Assembly: GCA_042091225.1 (NCBI GenBank)
Contig: JBELHW010000007.1
Span: 1-59,151 of the forward strand
Origin: Cryomorphaceae bacterium
Lineage (GTDB): Bacteria > Bacteroidota > Bacteroidia > Flavobacteriales > UBA7312
Reading direction: 5' to 3'
Length of the DNA stretch: 59,151 nt
A model generated the notes under the pieces. The model was not told the origin of the DNA and searched no databases. It saw only the letters and a list, made by a program, of their open reading frames with translations. Every line of letters starts with the position of its first letter. Position 1 is the first letter of the stretch. Made by a program: the position numbers and the translations under genes. Positions 30,285-38,024 of the stretch are shown here, piece by piece.

Positions 30285-31258
30285 TTACGCACAATAAATC
30301 GTTTGGATTGGTAATGATTGTCTCCAGTAAACTTTGCAATATAAGTTCCGCTATTTAACTCTGTTACCATAAAGTAATTTCCTTGGTAATTCAAGTTATC
30401 ATCTTGGTAAACCAATCGTCCTGAAAGGTCATAGACTTGTAGACTATACTTCTGCTTATCAGCTAAACTATAGCTAAAAACTGGAGCATATGCCATGCTA
30501 TAATCTATATGAATATAGGTGTTTTTTTGCTCAGGACGGACGGATGCTAATTGGCCTGTAACGAAAACGTTATTGCTGCTTAGGTTGTTCATGTAAGCAC
30601 TATGAGATGGGGTGTTTCCGTGGTTTATCCCTATCTGATATAGATCTAGAGTTCCTACCCATCTGTCTAATATCACTTGTGTAGAAAGAACAATGTTTCC
30701 ATTGTTAGCGCTAGCGTCATAATTTAACTCTACGTTTCGTAAGAGGTTGTCTCCGAATCCTCTAAATTCGAATGCATCATTAGGGATAGGATCACCATCG
30801 TCGCTTCCGTCTATCATTCCGTTTACATCGAAGAAGAAATAACCAGCAGGCCAACCCCAGTCCATTAAAGGAGCTTGAGGCCCTAGAGGATGAAAGGAGT
30901 CATAATTATTGCTATTTCCGTGGTTAGCATCGTAATCAACACCAACATCAAAACGCAATTTTTCAATGTTTTGGATGGAATAACTTCCTAAATCGTAATC
31001 GCTTACGTTGGCGCTAACCAAAAGGTATAAGTCGTCTAATGTGGTAATTTGACCTCCATCATGTACAATTTGTAAAGAAGAAAGGTAGTACCTTACTCTT
31101 TGGAATTGTATGGTTTTGCCATTTTGGTCGCTATAGTTTTGTCCGTATGCCAAAGGCTGATCGTTAAACGTATGGTTAAGCTCTAAGCTTATTTGATTCT
31201 GACTATGTGCAAAAAACGGACCAAGAATCAATAAGAAACTAATAAATAATGCTTTCAT
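30281..31258 (-). CDS. MbnP-like copper-binding protein fused to a T9SS type-A C-terminal sorting domain
   Basis: Signal peptide, 'RVRYYLS', 'FDVGVD...NH', 'MDWGWPAGYFF' (MbnP WxW motif); C-terminal 'LQVYDLSGRLV...LNSGTYIAKF...KRFIVRK'. Confidence 0.8.
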   Translation of the reverse strand: MKALFISFLLILGPFFAHSQNQISLELNHTFNDQPLAYGQNYSDQNGKTIQFQRVRYYLSSLQIVHDGGQITTLDDLYLLVSANVSDYDLGSYSIQNIEKLRFDVGVDYDANHGNSNNYDSFHPLGPQAPLMDWGWPAGYFFFDVNGMIDGSDDGDPIPNDAFEFRGFGDNLLRNVELNYDASANNGNIVLSTQVILDRWVGTLDLYQIGINHGNTPSHSAYMNNLSSNNVFVTGQLASVRPEQKNTYIHIDYSMAYAPVFSYSLADKQKYSLQVYDLSGRLVYQDDNLNYQGNYFMVTELNSGTYIAKFTGDNHYQSKRFIVRK

Positions 31259-31259
31259 T

Positions 31260-31808
31260 TTATCTTAAAATTAGGTTTTTACGGAAAGTACCATCCTTAT
31301 ACTGTATAATACAAAGCTGGTTGTGGTTAGGTTTGTCAATCTTCTTGCCTTCTAGAGTATAATAAGCAACAATTGGTTTGGAGTTGTTGTTTTTCCAGGC
31401 GCTAATGTTAGTCAGATCGCTAGCAATTCCTCTCCAGCTTACAGTATCGACAAAATTATTATTTGTGGTTATTTCCATCTGAACAAATCCTTCCCCCGCT
31501 ACATTGTTAGGGTAAAAATGGCAATTTAAATATTGCTGGCTTGCTGGCTCAAAAGAAGCGGTTCCGCTTATAATTCCTGGGGAGAAACAAGAGGGAAAAC
31601 AAAATGAGAATTGCCATTGAGAAGGCATAGAGTCTTTAATAATTCTCCATTGAACATCGGTAGCTTGATCGGAATTATAATAGGTGTTTTGGTAAAAGTC
31701 TGGGACCGAGCTGGCAGCGCTAAATTCGATGTAGTAATCATCAATAGAATATTGAGCTGCACTAAAAAGAGAACAAAGGATTAGTGGTAAGAATAAATAA
31801 TTTTTCAT
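31260..31808 (-). CDS. Small secreted protein with Ig-like domain and variant T9SS sorting tail
   Basis: Signal peptide, 'WQFSFCFPSCF', tail 'YYTLEGKKI...IIQYKDGTFRK'. Confidence 0.65.
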   Translation of the reverse strand: MKNYLFLPLILCSLFSAAQYSIDDYYIEFSAASSVPDFYQNTYYNSDQATDVQWRIIKDSMPSQWQFSFCFPSCFSPGIISGTASFEPASQQYLNCHFYPNNVAGEGFVQMEITTNNNFVDTVSWRGIASDLTNISAWKNNNSKPIVAYYTLEGKKIDKPNHNQLCIIQYKDGTFRKNLILR

Positions 31809-31830
31809 AATAGGATATATTTAATTTTCT

Positions 31831-31838
31831 CAAATGTA
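31831..31838 (-). promoter_or_regulatory. -7 box (TACATTTG) for the three-gene MbnP/MbnH-like operon
   Basis: Exact TAnnTTTG match 23 nt upstream of the ATG at 31808. Confidence 0.55.
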
Positions 31839-31919
31839 AACATTTAACTCAATACAATCAAATTGAAAATCAGGGCCTTACCTATTCAAGCCTTAAAAGA
31901 ATTTGGGCTTCAAAAAAAA

Positions 31920-32774
31920 TTAACTATTTAAAGCCTCTGCACCACCAACTATTTCTAAAATTTCGCTAGTAATAGCAGCTTGCCTTGCTTTATTGTATGT
32001 TAATTTTAATTCTTTTCTTAGCTCTCCTGCATTATCCGTTGCTTTATGCATTGCAGTCATTCTTGCGCCATGCTCTGAGGCGTGAGAGTCTAAAACAGCC
32101 TTAAATAGCTGAATTTTTAAGGACTTAGGAATAAGGTCTAAAACGATTTCTTGTTTTGAAGGCTCAAATATATAATCACCAATAGTGGCTGACTCATCGC
32201 TTGGTGTCTCTACCGGCAAGAAGTTTTCTGCCATAACAATTTGAGATGCCGCATTTTTAAATTGGTTGTATATGAGCACTACTTTGTCAAAATCTCCAGC
32301 AACATACTGATCCATAATAAACTGAGCAATTATAGAAGTATTTTCGAAACTAAGGTCGTTGAAAAGGGCATCGTGAGAAGAAAGTACTTTAAAGTCGTTT
32401 TTTGTAAAATATTCCGATGCTTTTTTTCCTATGGTCAAAAAACTAGCCGACTTGTAGAGCTTGCTCTGAGCTACTGCTTTCTTAATGATGTTAGAGTTAA
32501 AAGCACCGCACAATCCTCTATTAGAGGTAACCACCACAAATAAGGCGTTTTTTACTTCTCTTTCTTGAGCATATTCTCCTCCCTCAGAACCTTCTAATGT
32601 AGAGCTGAGGTTGATTAATAATTCTCTTAGCTTGTTAGCGTATGGTCGCATTTGAGTAATGGCGTCCTGCGCTCTTTTTAATTTAGCAGCAGACACCATC
32701 TTCATTGCACTAGTAATCTGCATGGTAGAACCAACAGAAGTAATTCGTGCGCGTATGTCTTTTAAATTTGCCAT
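31920..32774 (-). CDS. atpG: ATP synthase F1 gamma
   Basis: 'QITSAMKMVSAAKL', 'RGLCGAFN', 'ARQAAITSEILEIVGGA'. Confidence 0.98.
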   Translation of the reverse strand: MANLKDIRARITSVGSTMQITSAMKMVSAAKLKRAQDAITQMRPYANKLRELLINLSSTLEGSEGGEYAQEREVKNALFVVVTSNRGLCGAFNSNIIKKAVAQSKLYKSASFLTIGKKASEYFTKNDFKVLSSHDALFNDLSFENTSIIAQFIMDQYVAGDFDKVVLIYNQFKNAASQIVMAENFLPVETPSDESATIGDYIFEPSKQEIVLDLIPKSLKIQLFKAVLDSHASEHGARMTAMHKATDNAGELRKELKLTYNKARQAAITSEILEIVGGAEALNS

Positions 32775-32776
32775 AA

Positions 32777-34357
32777 TTAAGCGCTATATTTTTTAGAAAG
32801 ATCTGCTGTAACCGCTTTTAAGGTATCCTTAATTTGGTCGGTTAACTTACCAGCACCTAATTGGTCCAATACATCTTGGTGTTTTTGGTGTAAGAACGCT
32901 ATAAATTCGGTTTCAAACTCCTTAATTTTATTGGTAGGAACATCCATCAATAATCCGTTCGTTCCACAAAAAATAATCGCCGCTTGCTCTTCTACTCTCA
33001 AAGGAGAATACTGTCCTTGCTTTAATATTTCTACATTTCTTTGGCCTTTATCAATAACTGCTTTAGTAGCAGCATCAAGATCGGAGCCAAACTTAGCAAA
33101 GGCTTCTAATTCACGGAATTGTGCTTGGTCAAGCTTTAAAGTACCAGAAATTTTCTTCATGGACTTAATTTGTGCTGATCCTCCCACACGAGATACCGAA
33201 ATACCTACGTTAATTGCTGGTCTAACTCCCGAGTTAAATAAATCTCCATCTAAGAAAATTTGTCCGTCGGTAATAGAAATTACATTAGTAGGGATATAAG
33301 CAGAAACATCACCCGCTTGTGTTTCAATAATTGGCAAAGCTGTTAGCGAACCTCCTCCCTTAACTTTATCTTTTAAAGATGCTGGAAGGTCATTCATTTG
33401 TGCAGCAATTGCATCGTCATTAATTACTTTAGCAGCTCGCTCTAACAAACGAGAGTGTAGATAAAATACGTCTCCAGGGTAAGCCTCTCTACCCGGTGGC
33501 CTTCTTAATAGAAGAGAAACCTCTCTATAGGCAACAGCTTGTTTTGATAAATCGTCAAATACAATAAGAGCCGGACGACCAGTATCTCTAAAATACTCTC
33601 CAATTGCAGCACCTGCTAATGGAGCGTAAAACTGCATAGGAGCTGGGTCAGATGCATTAGAAGCAACAATTACCGTATATGCTAATGCTCCGGCCTCGTC
33701 TAATGTTTTAGCAATGGATGCAACTGTTGATCCTTTCTGTCCAACGGCAACATAAATACAAAAAACTGGCTCCCCTTTATCGTAAAATTCTTTTTGATTT
33801 ATAATTGTATCAATAGCAACTGCTGTTTTACCAGTCTGTCTATCGCCAATTATTAGCTCTCTTTGCCCTCTTCCTACCGGAATCATGGCGTCAATTGCCT
33901 TAATACCTGTTTGTAAAGGCTCGTTTACTGGCTGTCTGTAAATAACCCCTGGAGCTTTTCTTTCGATTGGCATTTCGAATGTTTCTCCGGCGATAGGTCC
34001 TTTTCCGTCGATAGGATTTCCTAAAGTATCAACTACACGGCCTAACATTCCTTCCCCTACGTTAATAGAGGCAATACGATTGGTTCTTTTTACAACATCG
34101 CCCTCTTTAATTCCTTTTGAAGGACCTAAAAGTACTGCTCCAACATTGTCTTCTTCTAAGTTTAGAACGATTGCTTGTAGCCCGTTTTCGAACTCTATCA
34201 ACTCTCCTGACTGTACGTTTGTAAGTCCATAGATTCGTGCAATACCATCTCCTACTTGCAAGACTGTACCCACTTCTTGTAGTTCCGACTCGGATTTAAA
34301 TCCTGCCAATTGTTGTCTTAAAATTGCTGATACTTCAGCTGGTTTTACTTCTGCCAT
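32777..34357 (-). CDS. atpA: ATP synthase F1 alpha
   Basis: 'GDRQTGKT' P-loop, '[23 protein letters not shown]'. Confidence 0.99.
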   Translation of the reverse strand: MAEVKPAEVSAILRQQLAGFKSESELQEVGTVLQVGDGIARIYGLTNVQSGELIEFENGLQAIVLNLEEDNVGAVLLGPSKGIKEGDVVKRTNRIASINVGEGMLGRVVDTLGNPIDGKGPIAGETFEMPIERKAPGVIYRQPVNEPLQTGIKAIDAMIPVGRGQRELIIGDRQTGKTAVAIDTIINQKEFYDKGEPVFCIYVAVGQKGSTVASIAKTLDEAGALAYTVIVASNASDPAPMQFYAPLAGAAIGEYFRDTGRPALIVFDDLSKQAVAYREVSLLLRRPPGREAYPGDVFYLHSRLLERAAKVINDDAIAAQMNDLPASLKDKVKGGGSLTALPIIETQAGDVSAYIPTNVISITDGQIFLDGDLFNSGVRPAINVGISVSRVGGSAQIKSMKKISGTLKLDQAQFRELEAFAKFGSDLDAATKAVIDKGQRNVEILKQGQYSPLRVEEQAAIIFCGTNGLLMDVPTNKIKEFETEFIAFLHQKHQDVLDQLGAGKLTDQIKDTLKAVTADLSKKYSA

Positions 34358-34369
34358 AGCGTTTGTTGA

Positions 34370-34924
34370 TTAAAAGTCCTTTATGTATAGGTTTTTATTA
34401 AATGATTGTTTTAAGTCGTTAATCTGACGCAATACGCTTGCGTCTAGTTGGCGATCACCAATGCGAACGATAGCTCCGCCAATTAAATTTTGATTCACTT
34501 TTTCTGTTAGCTCTACCTTCTCAATTCCTTGCTTTTTAATAAACTCTAACACCTGAGCTCTCAAAGAGTCGTCAAGCGGGTGTGCGCTAGTTATAATCGC
34601 TGTTTCTATTCCTAGGCTCCTTTTATAAACTAACATAAATTGTTGAGCTATCTCGACCAATAAAGCTTCTCTTTTTTTCTTAGTAATAAGACTTACAAAA
34701 GAGGAAGTTAAATCGGATAAGTTAGAAAATACATCAGAAAGAATAGCTAGTTTCTTATCGGTTTTAATAACTGGGCTTTTTAACAATAAGGCCAAGTCTT
34801 TAGAGCCAGAACAAACAGACAATATTGTTTCCATATCTGTTTTGCAAACCTCTAGCGTGTTTTGCTCTTTTGCCAATTCAAATAAAGATTTGGCGTATCT
34901 TAATGTTGCTCTAGTGTTAGCCAT
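34370..34924 (-). CDS. atpH: ATP synthase F1 delta
   Basis: 'RYAKSLF', 'LIGGAIVRIGDRQLDASV'; operon position. Confidence 0.96.
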   Translation of the reverse strand: MANTRATLRYAKSLFELAKEQNTLEVCKTDMETILSVCSGSKDLALLLKSPVIKTDKKLAILSDVFSNLSDLTSSFVSLITKKKREALLVEIAQQFMLVYKRSLGIETAIITSAHPLDDSLRAQVLEFIKKQGIEKVELTEKVNQNLIGGAIVRIGDRQLDASVLRQINDLKQSFNKNLYIKDF

Positions 34925-34925
34925 A

Positions 34926-35426
34926 TTAATTTAAATCAGCATCTTTTAAGGCAGCCTCCACAAATTCTTTTTGCTTTTGCTTGTCGGCCAACTCGCTTTT
35001 TAATACTTTTTCTGCAATATCAATAGAAAGGTTCGCTACCTGATTTTTAAGTTCGGTAATAGCAGCTAGCTTTTCTGTTTGTATTTGTTCTCTAGCAGAC
35101 TCTATAACTTTGTCTGCCTCTGTAGAAGCAGCCGATTTAGCGTCGCTAATAATACTTTCCTTCATTTCTCTTGCTTCTTTCAAAATGCTGTCCCTTTCAA
35201 TCTTGGCCTCCTGTAATATTTTTTGATTATCAGCACTTAAAGTTTCCATCTCTTGCCTTGCGTTTTGAGCAGAGTCTAGAGCGTCCTTAATTCCTTGCTC
35301 TCTGTCTTCTATAGAACTAAGAATTGGTCCCCAAGCATATTTATTAAGCAAAAAGATAAGGGTAACAAACAATACTGTTTGCCATACAAACAGTCCCATT
35401 GAAAAGTCGTTAAATAATTCTTGCAT
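34926..35426 (-). CDS. atpF: ATP synthase F0 b
   Basis: N-terminal TM 'GLFVWQT...KYAWGPIL' followed by coiled coil. Confidence 0.96.
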   Translation of the reverse strand: MQELFNDFSMGLFVWQTVLFVTLIFLLNKYAWGPILSSIEDREQGIKDALDSAQNARQEMETLSADNQKILQEAKIERDSILKEAREMKESIISDAKSAASTEADKVIESAREQIQTEKLAAITELKNQVANLSIDIAEKVLKSELADKQKQKEFVEAALKDADLN

Positions 35427-35463
35427 TTAGTTGTGTTTTTGTGTTTTGTTTTAACTTTTTAAC

Positions 35464-35500
35464 AAATCAAAACTGCAAGCAACCCTTGCAGTTTTGATTT
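35464..35500 (-). terminator. Perfect 16 bp stem-loop between atpE and atpF (partial terminator or mRNA stabiliser)
   Basis: AAATCAAAACTGCAAG-caacc-CTTGCAGTTTTGATTT. Confidence 0.75.
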
Positions 35501-35511
35501 AAGAGTTTTGG

Positions 35512-35706
35512 TTATGCGAATAAAGCCGCAAACCCAATACCTTCAATTAATGCAGCAGCAATAATCATTGCTGTCTGAATTTTAGCTGTCGCTTCAGGCT
35601 GTCTTGCAATTGCATCCATGGCAGAGCCACCGATTTTACCAATTCCTAGACCTGCTCCGATTACGATAAGCCCTTTTCCAATCATTGCAAAAGTTTCAGC
35701 ATCCAT
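35512..35706 (-). CDS. atpE: ATP synthase F0 c
   Basis: 'GAGLGIG', 'ARQPE', 'AALIEG' with the ion-binding Glu. Confidence 0.97.
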   Translation of the reverse strand: MDAETFAMIGKGLIVIGAGLGIGKIGGSAMDAIARQPEATAKIQTAMIIAAALIEGIGFAALFA

Positions 35707-35745
35707 AGTAGTTAAAAATTAAAGTTAATACTCAGTTAAAAAAAA

Positions 35746-36885
35746 TTAGTGATGTTCTTCAACGGCCGAACCAAAATATAAGGCAGTTAACATCGTAAAT
35801 ATATAAGCTTGTAGAAACGCTACAAGTAGTTCTATTACTCCTAAAAATAAAGTTAATCCGAAAAATGCTCCATTGGCCAACCAATGCTGTGCTGCATAAA
35901 TTAATCCGATTAAAGACATTAGCACCACGTGTCCGGCAGTTATGTTTGCGTACAAACGTATCATTAAAGAAAATGGTTTAATGATAGTTCCTAACAATTC
36001 GATAGGCAACAAGACCAGTTTCATTGGGACAGGAACTCCTGGCATCCAAAAAATGTGTCCCCAATAATTTTTGTTAGCAGTAAATTGTGTAATTAAATAG
36101 GTAATAAGTGCTAAAGAAAAGGTTACCACAATACTCCCAGTTACGTTTATACCTAAGGGCATCATCCCTGAAAGATTTAAAAACCATATGAAGAAAAAGA
36201 CAGTTAGCAAATAACTCATGTACTTTTTGTAATGCTTTTCTCCGATATTAGGAATTGCGATGTCATCTCGTACAAACAAAACCAATGGCTCTAATATTCT
36301 GCCAAATCCGGTAGGAATTGGCCCTTTTTTATAAGACTTTGCTAATTTTGAAAAAGCAATTAACAAGAAAATAGACATTAGAATAATTACTAAGACATTT
36401 TTGGTAATCGAAAAATCTAATAATGCTGAATGGCTGTATAGCTTTTTGTTTCCTTTGTCGTCTTGCTTAAATTTTAACTGATCGTAAGTTGCGGAAAAAA
36501 TTTTTCCATGAAAAATCAGGTATTTAGAATCTGTCGATTGGTATAAATAATCTTTTTGGCTATCTGCTAGTTTTTGGCTTCCTGTTATTGTGTCAAACGC
36601 ATAAACCGAATCGTTAAGGCTTACAAATTTGAAATAGTTTTTTTTAAAACTAGAAGAGAAGTAAAATTTTAAGCCTTGGTCCCATACAATAACTGGTAGC
36701 GCCATTTTTACCCCATGATAAAGCTCAAAATAGTGTGCGTCTTTAAGGTGGTGCTTAATGGTTTTCTTAATCTCTTTTTTTACGTCTTTAGGATTGTCCC
36801 CTTTTGCCTCAGTATTTGCCATAGAAATTGACGAAAAACTAAAAAGAATTAGAAGAGTTGCTATGATGTTAAGTTTTGCCTTCAT
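35746..36885 (-). CDS. atpB: ATP synthase F0 a with Bacteroidota-type N-terminal extension
   Basis: 'LDFSITKNV', 'IKPFSLMIRLYANITAGH', 'LVAFLQAYIFTMLT'; TAGTTTTG box at 36921-36928. Confidence 0.96.
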   Translation of the reverse strand: MKAKLNIIATLLILFSFSSISMANTEAKGDNPKDVKKEIKKTIKHHLKDAHYFELYHGVKMALPVIVWDQGLKFYFSSSFKKNYFKFVSLNDSVYAFDTITGSQKLADSQKDYLYQSTDSKYLIFHGKIFSATYDQLKFKQDDKGNKKLYSHSALLDFSITKNVLVIILMSIFLLIAFSKLAKSYKKGPIPTGFGRILEPLVLFVRDDIAIPNIGEKHYKKYMSYLLTVFFFIWFLNLSGMMPLGINVTGSIVVTFSLALITYLITQFTANKNYWGHIFWMPGVPVPMKLVLLPIELLGTIIKPFSLMIRLYANITAGHVVLMSLIGLIYAAQHWLANGAFFGLTLFLGVIELLVAFLQAYIFTMLTALYFGSAVEEHH

Positions 36886-36992
36886 TGTATGCAAAAATAC
36901 CTTGTTTATATAATTTGGTGCAAAACTAACAAATTCTATTAATTCTAATAATAAATATAGCTACTTTTTTAACACAAAATTGTTGGTATATC

Positions 36993-37376
36993 TTATGCCT
37001 TGTTTAAAGTCTTTATTAAGGCTCTAACCTCAACAACTAAAGACAAAGAATATGGGATAAAAAACACAAAAAACTCTAACCTGCTGGTAATATTGTCTAG
37101 CAAAAAAGTAGGTTGAAGTAAAAAATAGAAAAAGGCAAACTTAAACAGGCTAGTAAACAAAAAAATGAATCCTAAATTTTTGGCTTGTTTTTGGTTTAAT
37201 AAAATAAGGGCAAAATAAACAATAGAGGTTATAATAAAATTGCCCAAATAAGAAAGCTGAAACATTTTAAACAAAACAGGATCAATCAGTTCTTTTATAA
37301 AAAAATAATGAAGGCCATAACAAAGCGCTAAAAGTAAGAGCAAAACAGCCTTAAAACGAATAAGTTTTTTAATCAT
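36993..37376 (-). CDS. AtpI-like four-TM membrane protein
   Basis: 127 aa hydrophobic ORF between the atpZ-like gene and atpB. Confidence 0.6.
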   Translation of the reverse strand: MIKKLIRFKAVLLLLLALCYGLHYFFIKELIDPVLFKMFQLSYLGNFIITSIVYFALILLNQKQAKNLGFIFLFTSLFKFAFFYFLLQPTFLLDNITSRLEFFVFFIPYSLSLVVEVRALIKTLNKA

Positions 37377-37599
37377 CTTTATTTAGCCTGTTAAGTTGTT
37401 TTACAAGGGAAAGCAAAGACAACAGTAAGGCCAAAAGTATTGCAGCTATTGTAAACCAAGGTTTTTGAGTTTGGTATTTTTGATCAAGTTGTTTGCCAAA
37501 ATAAGCTCCCAAATAAATGGTAATTCCCATTTGAGAAGCTAGCATGCTTAAAACAATAAAGCGATTAGGCTGTTTTTTCTTGTTTTTCTTTTTGGTCAA
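37369..37599 (-). CDS. AtpZ/AtpI family protein
   Basis: 'QMGITIYLGAYFGKQLD...PWFTI', two TM helices. Confidence 0.8.
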   Translation of the reverse strand: MTKKKNKKKQPNRFIVLSMLASQMGITIYLGAYFGKQLDQKYQTQKPWFTIAAILLALLLSLLSLVKQLNRLNKDD

Positions 37600-37984
37600 T
37601 TTGATTGATGTCTTTTATTACCGCTCCCATGCTACAAGATCCGGTAAAGGAAGCGCCTGGCTCAATTGCTAATTTATTGGTAAGAATATCGCCATGTAGT
37701 TTAGCGGTAGATTTTAAAGTAAGTAGCTCCGAAACAGAAATAGAAGCTTTTAGCTCTCCCGAAATATCTGCATTATTACAAACTACATCTCCTTCAACAA
37801 TTCCTGTTGTTCCTACTACTACTTTTCCTTTGGTATTGATAGATCCTTTTAATGATCCGTCAATTCGAATATCTCCATTAGAAGTAATTTCTCCCGAAAT
37901 AACAGTTCCTACCCCTATGTGGTTTACTACTCCGTTGTTTTCATTTGGTCGAGCCATGGCGTTTGTTGTTTTGTTGTTAAACAT
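37565..37984 (-). CDS. Bactofilin (polymer-forming cytoskeletal protein)
   Basis: 'GTVISGEI...DIRIDG...G.VEGDV...LAIEPGASFTGSCSM'; TAACTTTG box at 38002-38009. Confidence 0.93.
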   Translation of the reverse strand: MFNNKTTNAMARPNENNGVVNHIGVGTVISGEITSNGDIRIDGSLKGSINTKGKVVVGTTGIVEGDVVCNNADISGELKASISVSELLTLKSTAKLHGDILTNKLAIEPGASFTGSCSMGAVIKDINQIDQKEKQEKTA

Positions 37985-38024
37985 CTTTAAATTCTTTAAG
38001 GCAAAGTTAATTATTTAAACTAAT

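Noticed and set aside
31920-36885. ATP synthase operon lacking atpD/atpC, and a long AtpB N-terminus
   Set aside because: A split operon and an extended subunit a are the normal Bacteroidota arrangement
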